DNA of 33,136 nt from an uncultured bacterium (GTDB lineage: Bacteria > Lernaellota > Lernaellaia > Lernaellales > Lernaellaceae): assembly GCA_964534375.1 (NCBI GenBank), contig CAZHPN010000053.1:1-33136 (forward strand), written 5' to 3'. Each line of letters starts with the position of its first letter. Positions within the stretch are counted from its first letter, which is position 1. The notes under the pieces were generated by a model, which did no database searches, had not been told where the DNA came from, and saw only the letters and a program-made list of their open reading frames with translations. The position numbers were made by a program, and so were the translations under genes. Below are positions 17,387 through 25,924 of this stretch, piece by piece.

Positions 17387-19123
17387 TCATTTGACTTCCG
17401 GCGGCGCCGCATGCCACCGCGCGGCCAGATCGTCGCGCACCGCCACGATCGTATGGCCGGCGCGGACCGTCTCGTAGCCGTCGTATTGCGGCGGCGTTTT
17501 GATCAGCGGCACGTCCAGCGAACTCGACCCCACCACGAGCGCCGGATGAAACTGCGGCAGCCACTCCGGCCGGTCGGTCCGCAGCGCCGCCGGCGTGAAC
17601 AACCCCAATTCGTCATAAATGCGATATTCGCGAGCGCCCCAGCCGAACGCGCCGATTTCCTTCGCGCCCAGCCAGTCGCCGCGCGGCGCGTTGGCCGCCG
17701 CCCAGGCGCCGAGCTGCAAATACGCCGCCTCGCGGCGCTGGTAGCGGAGCGTCATTTGCTCCCAATCGAAGAGGAGCGGCAGCAGCGCCACCGCGAGGAA
17801 AACGGCCGCCGCCAGGGCCGGCGTCGCGCGCGGCCACTTCAGCGGGCGGCCGGGGCGCAACTGCAGCGCCCAATAGATGCCGCAGCCGACGACGAAGGCG
17901 ACGACGAAGCTGAGATAAACCGAGAACACGAACCGCGCGAGCCGTTCCTCGTTGCCCGCAATCAGCGCCGGAATGACGTGCGCCGGCCAGCCGCCGTGGG
18001 TTTCGCGAAAGGCGTAGAGCGGCCGCACGACTCCGATGTAGCCGAGAGCCCCGCCGCTCAAGAGGCCGAGCAAATACAGGTCGGCGCGCCCGCTGAGGGC
18101 CTCGCGCAGGCGGCGCGCGACGGCCGGCGTCCCGCGCAGCGCCGGCAGAATGATCAGCGACAAGAACGGCGCGTAGTACCATTGGAAATACATCACGCAC
18201 GGCCGCGCGGACAACACGAAAAGTCCGGCGTGGCAAACGGCCGCCAGCGCCAGCAACTGCGTCGTCGCATCCTGCCGGCGAAAGCGCGCCACTACGTACA
18301 GCAGCCCCGGGATCAACAGGAAATGCGGCGCGAGAAACCAGTGCCAGGTCGAGAGCAGCCCCGAAATCGACGCGACGAACGACAAAGCGAGCACGAACGG
18401 CCCGCCGGCCGTCGCCGGACACGCCTGCGCCTTGGCCAGCGCCGATTGCGGCAACGGACTGCCGTACGTGGTCAGCGTAAATATCAAATAGGAGGCGGCC
18501 AGTCCGGCGGCGACGAGCGTCGGCCCGAGAGCCGGCCGCGGCCGTCCGGTTCGCAGCCAGGCGTAGAGCCACACCGGCGCGACGGCGAGGCCGGCGGGGC
18601 GCGTCGCGACGAGGCCCGCGAGCAGGGCGAGGCCGAGGCCGAACCGGCCTGTGCGGCACGCCAGCACATAGGCGAGCAGCAGCGCGACGAAGGTCGAAGT
18701 CTCCATGCCCGCGACGCCGTTCAGGGCCAGCAACGGATGCGTCAGCCACAAGGCGGCGGCGAGCAGGCCCCAGCGGAAGTCGCCGAACGAATCGCGGGCG
18801 AGGCGCAGCAGCAGCAGGCAGACGGCCTCGTCGGCGACGGCGGTCCAGGCCGCGGCGGCGACGGGGATCGACAACCCCGCCAGGCGCAAGGCGGCGAGGG
18901 CGAAGGCGTAGGCGAGGGTGGTGCAGCCGAAAATCGGCTCGCCGACGTTGAAGGCCAATTGGCCGTGCTGCGCGAGGTTGTACGCGCAGCGAAAGGTGAT
19001 GAACGCGTCGTCGCAGGGCCAGAAGCCGAGGGCGGTGCGTTGCGCGGCGACGGCGGCGGCGGTCGCCAGCCAAGCCCACGGCGGGACGGCGGCGGGCGAC
19101 GGCTGCGGTTGCGTCACGGGCAT
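17387..19123 (-). CDS. Multi-pass membrane protein, putative GT-C glycosyltransferase (DDAFI.FR.A.N motif)
   Basis: DDAFITFRCAYNLAQHGQLAFNVGEPIFGCTT, GMET, TRP, YGSPLPQS..AK, EIGAFGW, IYDELGL; AGGAG RBS. Confidence 0.75.
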   Translation of the reverse strand: MPVTQPQPSPAAVPPWAWLATAAAVAAQRTALGFWPCDDAFITFRCAYNLAQHGQLAFNVGEPIFGCTTLAYAFALAALRLAGLSIPVAAAAWTAVADEAVCLLLLRLARDSFGDFRWGLLAAALWLTHPLLALNGVAGMETSTFVALLLAYVLACRTGRFGLGLALLAGLVATRPAGLAVAPVWLYAWLRTGRPRPALGPTLVAAGLAASYLIFTLTTYGSPLPQSALAKAQACPATAGGPFVLALSFVASISGLLSTWHWFLAPHFLLIPGLLYVVARFRRQDATTQLLALAAVCHAGLFVLSARPCVMYFQWYYAPFLSLIILPALRGTPAVARRLREALSGRADLYLLGLLSGGALGYIGVVRPLYAFRETHGGWPAHVIPALIAGNEERLARFVFSVYLSFVVAFVVGCGIYWALQLRPGRPLKWPRATPALAAAVFLAVALLPLLFDWEQMTLRYQRREAAYLQLGAWAAANAPRGDWLGAKEIGAFGWGAREYRIYDELGLFTPAALRTDRPEWLPQFHPALVVGSSSLDVPLIKTPPQYDGYETVRAGHTIVAVRDDLAARWHAAPPEVK

Positions 19124-19203
19124 CTCCTACGGAACGGCGCCGGGTTTACGGGTTGCGGCGCCGGAATTATGGCACAGATTCGCGGCGGCGGGGATCGGCG
19201 GCG

Positions 19204-19240
19204 CGAAACAGAAAGGGCCGTCCCCGGTGGGGAACGGCCC
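19204..19240 (-). terminator. Rho-independent terminator after the S8 protease gene
   Basis: Stem gggccgtcccc/ggggaacggccc followed on the minus strand by TTTCTGTTT. Confidence 0.7.
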
Positions 19241-19263
19241 GCTGTGCGAACGTTCGGCGCCGC

Positions 19264-22107
19264 TCAGCAGCCGCAGCCGTGGTTGCTCTTGGAACTGCCT
19301 TTCGTCGGCTCGGCGGGCGACGCATCGTCATCGGTCGGCGAGGCGTCGTCGTCCATCGCCGAGTCGTTGTCGTCGTCGGGCGACGTATCGTCATCCGGCG
19401 ACGTGTCGTCATCGTCGTCGGCCGCCGTGTCGTCGTCGGCCGCCGTGTCGTCGTCGGCCGCCGTGTCGTCGTCGTTGTCGTCGTTGTCGTCGTTGTCATC
19501 GTTGTCGTCGTCGTCGGCGCCGCCGGGCAGGCCTTCGAGTTGGATGGTGTCGACGCCCCACCACCCGCTGCCCATCACGGGAGCTTGGTAGAAGTAGCGG
19601 ATTCTCAATTGGTCTTGCGACTCGGCATTGACGGGCATCGCGACCGATTGCATGCTTTCGTCGGTTTGATAGTACGTGATCAGATTCGTCCAGGTCTTGC
19701 CGTCGTCGATCGAATAGAGCACCGACGGCCGCTCGAACATTCCCTGCTGGAACGACTGCGCGAAATTCAGCGTCAGGGCGTGGTAGTGGTGCGTGTTGAT
19801 CGGCGGGCTGTCCATCGTCGTATTGACGGTCCCGAGCGGATTGAGGCACTCGGAAGTGTCGGCCGAGGCGAACGGACCGCTGAAGAGCGTCGAGCTGCGG
19901 CCGCCGGGGTTCGTATCCATCCAGCCGGCGTTCGCGCAGCCGTTGATGGTCACGGTCCACAGATTTTCGAGGTCGTGATTATCGAAGGTCTCCACGAACA
20001 GCCGAGCCGGGCCGGTGGGCGTGGCGGACAGTTGGACCGTGTTGGAGTCCTCGTTGCCGGCGGAATCGAGCGCGCGAACGACGTAGTAGTACGTCGTGCC
20101 GTTGATCGCTCCGTTGTCGACAAAGGGCGACGCGGCCGTGTTGGCGTGCGGCGTGGTCCAGTCGTACTGGTTCGAGGTCTCCGAGCGATAGACGTTGTAG
20201 GAGAGCGACAGGCCGTCCGGATCCGTCGCCGGGTTCCAGGTCAACGTCACTTCGAAATCGCCGGCCGTGGCGCCGGTCAGGCCGGCGAAGACCGGCGTCC
20301 CGCAATCCGCGGCGGCCGTTTTCGTCTTCGGCACGTTGTATCCGCCGTTGCCGTTGTTGGCGTCGACGTACGTCGCGGTGATGGTGTCGCCGTCGCTCAG
20401 TTGCAGTGCGTCGGTCACGGCCGAGGACGAGGTCTGCACCGAGCCTTGGTAGATGTAGCTGGTGCTGCCGGCCGTCAGCGTCGCGACGACGCCGCCGGGA
20501 TCGGTGTTGCTGGTCACGGTGACCGTCACCGTGTTTGCGCCGACGTTCGTGTCGATGACCTCGAGGTTGATCGTGTCGTGGCAATTGTAAATCGTGCGAT
20601 CGAGGAAGAGTTGGCCGTTCGGACCGGCCATGGCCGTGGTCAGCCATTCATAGGCCGCGACGCAGTCGATGCGGCCGCGGCCGAACGTGTTGTCTTCGCC
20701 GGCCGGCGGCCGCGTGCCGGGGTAGACCGCCGACATGTACAGCGCGTCTTTCACCTGCGCCACCGTCGCCTCCGGGTAGGCCGACCGCAGCAGCAACGCG
20801 GCGCCCGCCACCTGCGGCGTGGCCATCGAAGTGCCGCTCATATACTGATAAAGATACGGCGGGTCGTAGGCGACGGGCATCGAACTGCACACGCCGTAGC
20901 CGACGCCGACCACTTCCGGTTTGATCGGCGAGGGCGAGTCCGGGCAATCGGTCGGCCCGAGGCTCGAGAAATAGCAAATCGTCTCGCCGTCCTGATTGAT
21001 GCAGCCGACGGAGAAATTCGTGATGGGGTCGATCGCGCGATCGGCGGGCACACGGATCGTGCCGGCGCCGTTTTGGCCTTCGTTGCCGGCGGCGAAAACG
21101 ACCACCGCGCCCGAGGCCTCCGCAGCGTCAACGGAGGCGTTGAAAGTGTCCAGGCAGGGCTCCCAACCCGGATAGCCGTTGGCGATGCCCCAGGAATTGT
21201 TGATGACGTCCGGCACGCCGACGAGGCTGCCGGGGTTGCCGGTCGGGTCGGCGGCCCATTGGAAGGCTGCGACCGCTTCGGTGAAGATGCTGCCGGTCTG
21301 GTCGATCGTCTTGGCGGCGATCCACTGTGCGCCGGGGGCCATGCCGATCTGGGCGTTGGGCGCGCTGCCGACCATGATGCCCAACGTGTGCGTGCCGTGG
21401 CCCTCGTCGATGCCCGTGTCGATCGGCGTCTGTTCCGTGCCGTTCGGGTCGAACCAGCATTCGTTCCACGGCGCGTTCAAACCACGCCAACGCGAAGCGA
21501 CCGCCGGATGCGTGCCGTCGGCGCCGGCATCCTGATCGCAGGCGAGGGCGCCCGTGCCGTCAATGCCCAGCGCCCACAATTCGGGGGCGCGGCTGACCAC
21601 GACGTTGTTCTCGGGCGCCGTGCCGACGGGCGTGCAGGGGCCCGACGGGTCTTTCGTGCCGCGCACCGGATGGATCAACTCGATGGGGTAGTCGAACAGG
21701 ATCGCCTCGACGTCGGGATTATCTTGCAGATTTTCGAGAAACGCCGGCTTGATCGACATGGCGATCGCGTTCTGAATCCAGAACGGTTTGACCAGCGCGA
21801 CCTGCCGGCTGGCTTCCGCCGCCTGCAACTCGTTCAACAGCCGGAACTGCGTGTTGGCGGCCATTTCGCGCAGCGCCGTGATCACTTCGTAATGGCGTTG
21901 CAACCGCGTCGCGTGGATTCGGTCGTGCCGGGCCGTCATCGACCTGAGGTCGACCTGATCTCTGAGCACCACGTAAACGTCGACCCATTCGTTCGGACCT
22001 TGCGCTGCGATTTCGCGCAGGACGTTCGGATCCACCGTCGCCGCCTGGGCTCCCCACGCGCCGGCCAAAACGAAAAGCGCGGTCAACAATAAGGTTTTGC
22101 GCAGCAT
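19264..22107 (-). CDS. Secreted S8 subtilisin-like serine protease (bacillopeptidase F-like) with propeptide, FN3-like and C-terminal beta domains, poly-Asp tail and terminal GCGC
   Basis: Sec signal (AQA); DAGADGTHP (Asp), HGTHTLG (His), AAGNEG, SGTSMATP (Ser); LTW...YNVYRS...YYYVVRA FN3 motif. Confidence 0.92.
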   Translation of the reverse strand: MLRKTLLLTALFVLAGAWGAQAATVDPNVLREIAAQGPNEWVDVYVVLRDQVDLRSMTARHDRIHATRLQRHYEVITALREMAANTQFRLLNELQAAEASRQVALVKPFWIQNAIAMSIKPAFLENLQDNPDVEAILFDYPIELIHPVRGTKDPSGPCTPVGTAPENNVVVSRAPELWALGIDGTGALACDQDAGADGTHPAVASRWRGLNAPWNECWFDPNGTEQTPIDTGIDEGHGTHTLGIMVGSAPNAQIGMAPGAQWIAAKTIDQTGSIFTEAVAAFQWAADPTGNPGSLVGVPDVINNSWGIANGYPGWEPCLDTFNASVDAAEASGAVVVFAAGNEGQNGAGTIRVPADRAIDPITNFSVGCINQDGETICYFSSLGPTDCPDSPSPIKPEVVGVGYGVCSSMPVAYDPPYLYQYMSGTSMATPQVAGAALLLRSAYPEATVAQVKDALYMSAVYPGTRPPAGEDNTFGRGRIDCVAAYEWLTTAMAGPNGQLFLDRTIYNCHDTINLEVIDTNVGANTVTVTVTSNTDPGGVVATLTAGSTSYIYQGSVQTSSSAVTDALQLSDGDTITATYVDANNGNGGYNVPKTKTAAADCGTPVFAGLTGATAGDFEVTLTWNPATDPDGLSLSYNVYRSETSNQYDWTTPHANTAASPFVDNGAINGTTYYYVVRALDSAGNEDSNTVQLSATPTGPARLFVETFDNHDLENLWTVTINGCANAGWMDTNPGGRSSTLFSGPFASADTSECLNPLGTVNTTMDSPPINTHHYHALTLNFAQSFQQGMFERPSVLYSIDDGKTWTNLITYYQTDESMQSVAMPVNAESQDQLRIRYFYQAPVMGSGWWGVDTIQLEGLPGGADDDDNDDNDDNDDNDDDTAADDDTAADDDTAADDDDDTSPDDDTSPDDDNDSAMDDDASPTDDDASPAEPTKGSSKSNHGCGC
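19421..19510 (-). repeat. Intragenic 18-bp x3 (DDDTAA) and 9-bp x4 (DDN) tandem repeats
   Basis: gccgccgtgtcgtcgtcg exact x3 (19421-19474), then ttgtcgtcg-type x4. Confidence 0.85.
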
Positions 22108-22218
22108 GGCAGTCCCTCGCAGTTGGCGATCCTGGGGCGCAAACGCCCCGGACCATTTTTTTTGAAGGCGAATTCGCCGCAGGTTGTTGCTGGCTCCGTT
22201 AACTAGACGACTGGCGGA

Positions 22219-22247
22219 AGTTTACCGAAAGGAAAATCCAATTACAA
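22219..22247 (-). promoter_or_regulatory. Putative sigma70 promoter for the S8 protease (TTGTAA-N17-TAAACT)
   Basis: Canonical spacing, AT-rich patch about 110 nt upstream of the start. Confidence 0.5.
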
Positions 22248-22266
22248 CGCGGCGGACAACGCCGGC

Positions 22267-23589
22267 TCACTTCCCCGCGACGACGACGCCGTCGAAAACC
22301 AGGCTCGGCAAGCGCATCGCGCTGTAGGGCCACGGGTCGTTGGCGGCCTCGGCCAGTTTTTGCCAGAAGCGCAGGTGATTGTCGGCGATGTTCATTTCGG
22401 CGACCGACTGCACGGGTTCGCCGTTCTCGAAGAGCTTGCCCATGATGCCGACGGAAAAATCGCCGGTCGTCGAGTTCGAGTTGCCGCCGAGAAAATCGGT
22501 GATGAGGATGCCGCGGCCCAGCGCCTTCATGAGCTCCGCGACCGAGCGTGGGCCCGGCGGCAGGATGAGGTTGCCGGTCGAGCCGGTGGTCGGCTCGCAG
22601 CCCAGTTTCCGGCTGTAATACCAGTCGACGAGAAAGTCTTTGACCACGCCGCCTTCGACGATCGTGCGTTTTTTCGCCGCCATGCCGTCGCCGTCGAACA
22701 GCCGCGAGCCGAGGCCGCCGACCACGAGCGGATCGGCGATCAGCGTCAAGCGTTCGCTGCCGATTTTTTGACCTTTCTTGTCCGCCAGGCACGAGCGCTT
22801 CTGCTGGATCGCCTGCCCCGACAGCGGCGCCAGCAATTCGCCGACCAGTCGGCCGGCGATGCGGTTTTCCACGACGATCGGCAGCGTCGCGGTCGGAATT
22901 TTCTTCGCGCCCAGCAGCGCCAGCGTCCGCCGCGCGGCCTCGCGGCCGATTTCCGCCGGCGCCGGCAGCCCGTTTTGCCGCCGAGACGAGGCCCAGGAGT
23001 AACCGTTCGGCCGGCGATCGCCTTCGTCTTGGACGGTCGCGTCAGCGCCGCCGTTGAAATTGGTCGTTTCCTGCTCGCCGGTGAAACCGTTGCTGGTCAG
23101 GCGCACGTATTCGGCGCGGCTGTCCTGGCCGGTGGCGGTGACGGAGACGAGTTTGTCGCCGCCCGCCTCCAAACAAGCCGCCTCCATCTCGCGAACCAGC
23201 GCGTGGCGTTTTTCCGTTGTCGCCGCGGCGTAGGCCGGGTCGGCGAGCTGCAAATCGAGCGCGGCCCGTCCTTGGTAATATTTCGGATCGGGCAGGGTGC
23301 GGTACGGATCCTCGGCGAGCAATTTGGTCGCCGCGACCGCTTCGGCGATGAAATCCTGCAGCGCTTGCGGGCGCAGATCGTTGGTGCTCTGGAGGGAAAA
23401 ACGGCCGTTCACGTACAACGACAGCGCCAGCCGGCGTTCGACCGCCTCGCGCACGGTTTCCGGCTTCCGCTGCCGGTATTCGATATTGACGAACCGGCTC
23501 CACCCGACCGTGACGGCGTACTGCTGCGCGCCGGCCTTCGTCGCCGCGTCGCCGGCCCACTGCGCGAGTTCCCGCAATTTCGGGTTCAT
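22267..23589 (-). CDS. pmbA: PmbA/TldE family protein
   Basis: GSRLFDGDG, GGNSNSTTGDFSVG, ENGE..Q.VAEMNIA; no HExxxH; ATG 23589 overlaps the tldD stop (ATGA). Confidence 0.88.
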   Translation of the reverse strand: MNPKLRELAQWAGDAATKAGAQQYAVTVGWSRFVNIEYRQRKPETVREAVERRLALSLYVNGRFSLQSTNDLRPQALQDFIAEAVAATKLLAEDPYRTLPDPKYYQGRAALDLQLADPAYAAATTEKRHALVREMEAACLEAGGDKLVSVTATGQDSRAEYVRLTSNGFTGEQETTNFNGGADATVQDEGDRRPNGYSWASSRRQNGLPAPAEIGREAARRTLALLGAKKIPTATLPIVVENRIAGRLVGELLAPLSGQAIQQKRSCLADKKGQKIGSERLTLIADPLVVGGLGSRLFDGDGMAAKKRTIVEGGVVKDFLVDWYYSRKLGCEPTTGSTGNLILPPGPRSVAELMKALGRGILITDFLGGNSNSTTGDFSVGIMGKLFENGEPVQSVAEMNIADNHLRFWQKLAEAANDPWPYSAMRLPSLVFDGVVVAGK

Positions 23590-25121
23590 GCTTGCGACCC
23601 CGCTTTCACGCCGCCGACCGTCACCGATTTGACGAGCACGGTCGGCAGGCCGAACGACACCGGCACTTTCTGCCCGTTCTTGCCGCAATAGCCGGCCCCG
23701 CCCTGGTGCATCTTCAAGTCGCCGGCGACGGCGATGATGTTGCGCAGCAGCTTCGGCCCGTTGCCGATGATGTTGATGTCTTTGATCGGCGCGGTGAGCT
23801 TGCCGTTTTCGATGCGCTGGCCGCGCGACACGTAGAACGCGAAATCGCCCTCGCCGATCTTGACCTGCCCGTTGGTGACGTCCGCGACGTAGATGCCGTT
23901 CTTCGCCGCGCGGATAAGGCTTTCCGGCGCTTCCGGCCCCGGCAGCATGAACGTGTTGCGCATGCGCGGCATCGGCTGGAAGCTGTAATCCTCGCGGCGG
24001 CCATTGCCCGTCGGCGCCACGCCGTAGTGTTTGGCGGAAATGCGATCGTGCAGGTAGCTGGTCAGCACGCCGTTTTCGACCAGCACGGTCCGCTGCGACG
24101 CTTCGCCCTCGTCGTCGAAATTGAGCGAACCCACCTGGTTGGCGATCGTGCCGTCATCGAGAATCGTGACGAACGGCTCGGCGACTTGCTTGCCGATCAT
24201 CGTGCAAAATGTGGAAACCTTCTTGCGGTTGAAATCCGCCTCCATGCCGTGCCCGATCGACTCGTGCAACAGGATGCCGGTGACCCCCGGCCCGAGCACG
24301 ACGGGCGTTTCCCCGGCCGGCGGCTGCGTCGCGTCGAAGAGGAACCCGGCGCGCATCACCGCTTCGCTCGCCACTTCGTCCACGATCGCCGGCGTGTAAT
24401 ATTCGAAGCCGCGCCGGCCGCCCAGGTTCCACCGCGCCTGTTCGCGCCGGCCGTTCTTTTCCGCGACGACCGCGACGCTGAGGTAGCTCTTCGGCCGCAG
24501 ATCTTCGACCCGGCGCCCGTCGCTGCCGACCAGCAGCAGGCGCGACTGGCTCGTGTGCAGTTCGACGTTCGCCTTGACGATCAGCGGCGAGAGCGCAAAG
24601 CAGCGGTCGTTGACCGCTTGCACCACGGGCAGGCGTTCCGAAATGGGAATCGCCGTGAACAGCCGCGGCAGCGGATAGTAGTCGCCGGTCCGCGCCGGGG
24701 TGAAGACGCGCGCCGGCGCGCCGGCGGGGCCGTCGGCGATCGTCGCGGCCGTCGCCGCCGCGGCCAGCATCGCCTCTTCGGTCAACTCCTGGGTATAGCC
24801 GTAGCCGACCTGGTCGCCGCGCACCGTACGGATGCCGACGCCGAGCACGACACTGGCGTAGGCGCGATCGACCTTGCCGTCTTCGAGCGCGAGCCAGTTT
24901 AGCAGCGAATGCTCGAAATATAGGTCGGCGAAATCGCCGCCGCGCGAGAGGGCCTTGGCGAGCGCCCGGCCGCAGATCGCGTCGGTGATGCCGAACTGCG
25001 ATTCGAAATAACCCGTCTGGTTCGCGAAGGCGAAGTCGAGCCAGCCGCCCGACAGCAGTCCGGCCGCCGCCGCGCCGGCCGTGGTCTGAATAAACGAACG
25101 CCGCGTCATTCGGAGCATCAT
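23586..25121 (-). CDS. tldD: TldD metalloprotease with twin-arginine signal peptide
   Basis: GGDFADLYFE, GVGIR, LLHESIGHGMEADFNRK (HExxxH), GNGRRE..PMPRMRNT, CGKNGQ.VPV; N-terminus MMLRMTRRSFIQ...AFA; GAGGAGG RBS. Confidence 0.92.
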   Translation of the reverse strand: MMLRMTRRSFIQTTAGAAAAGLLSGGWLDFAFANQTGYFESQFGITDAICGRALAKALSRGGDFADLYFEHSLLNWLALEDGKVDRAYASVVLGVGIRTVRGDQVGYGYTQELTEEAMLAAAATAATIADGPAGAPARVFTPARTGDYYPLPRLFTAIPISERLPVVQAVNDRCFALSPLIVKANVELHTSQSRLLLVGSDGRRVEDLRPKSYLSVAVVAEKNGRREQARWNLGGRRGFEYYTPAIVDEVASEAVMRAGFLFDATQPPAGETPVVLGPGVTGILLHESIGHGMEADFNRKKVSTFCTMIGKQVAEPFVTILDDGTIANQVGSLNFDDEGEASQRTVLVENGVLTSYLHDRISAKHYGVAPTGNGRREDYSFQPMPRMRNTFMLPGPEAPESLIRAAKNGIYVADVTNGQVKIGEGDFAFYVSRGQRIENGKLTAPIKDINIIGNGPKLLRNIIAVAGDLKMHQGGAGYCGKNGQKVPVSFGLPTVLVKSVTVGGVKAGSQA

Positions 25122-25337
25122 CCCTCCTCGCCGTTGCCGGCCGCCGAGCCGGGCCCGGTGATTTTGCCGCTGCCGCGCCAGGAAAAATTTACGTCGACGC
25201 AATCTGCCTGTGGCGAGCGTCCCAAACATGCGTTACTTTGTCAACATGAGCGGACGTGGAGTCTGTGTCCCGTCGGCCTTGACGAGGCCGGGGCGAAAAG
25301 CGTGTAATAATCTCAGGCGACGCAAGGGAGTTGAAAA

Positions 25338-25652
25338 ATGAAACGATTTCTAAGTTTTGCGTTTCTTGCAATTTTGACTGTGGCGGTCGTTATTTTTGTG
25401 GTCACGTGCGGCCAGGCCGGGCAACGCGCTGTTAACGACTCCAATCTGGCCGGTGGAACCGCCGGCGGCGGCGGCACGACCGATGACGACAATGACGACA
25501 ACGACGACAACGACACCACGCCGGACGACGACGACGATACGACACCATTTACGGCGGCAGGTTTGACAGCGAACGAGGGCGGGCGCTTGATGGCGCCGGC
25601 GGCGATCGTCGCGCTGGCCGACGCGGCGCCCGCGCTCGACGAGTTGGCGTAA
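25338..25652 (+). CDS. Small putative lipoprotein with Gly/poly-Asp linker and no globular domain
   Basis: AAGGGAG RBS; MKRFLSFAFLAILTVAVVIFVVTC; DDDNDDNDDNDTTPDDDDD; TTGACG...TGTAATAAT upstream (25279-25311). Confidence 0.7.
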   Translation: MKRFLSFAFLAILTVAVVIFVVTCGQAGQRAVNDSNLAGGTAGGGGTTDDDNDDNDDNDTTPDDDDDTTPFTAAGLTANEGGRLMAPAAIVALADAAPALDELA

Positions 25653-25924
25653 TCCTCGACGGATAACTGCGGCGACGCGGTCGCCGGCGGCGCGTCACCG
25701 CCGCGATCCTGCGGTTAATGTGATCTTCATTCCCTTGGCGGCCTGCCGGTTCAGCGGAGTCGCCGCAATTTTCAGGCATATTTCACGGGGCGCGAATTTC
25801 CGCATCGTTGCGTCAAGACGCGAAAGACAGCGATGGCGCGCCGCGGCGCGCCATCGTCAGGCGCACGCCGTTGGCGCCGCCGGGTCGGGCGTCTCGCCCG
25901 CGGGATGGTGGTTGCTCGGCGCGA

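Noticed and set aside
19170..19184. Sigma54-like TGGCAC...GC
   Set aside because: GG-to-GC spacing is 9 rather than 10, and it faces away from any gene start.
19240..19266. Selenocysteine or readthrough at the TGA after GCGC
   Set aside because: The downstream frame has no TM helix or sensible sequence, and the nearby hairpin with a U-tract fits a terminator.
15917..22092. 1224-aa and 979-aa + strand ORFs
   Set aside because: Antisense to well-supported regulator, GT-C and S8 genes; no recognisable domains.
25886..25900. Short palindrome cgggcg-tct-cgcccg
   Set aside because: May be REP-like or part of a terminator between convergent genes, but it is too short to support in high-GC DNA.
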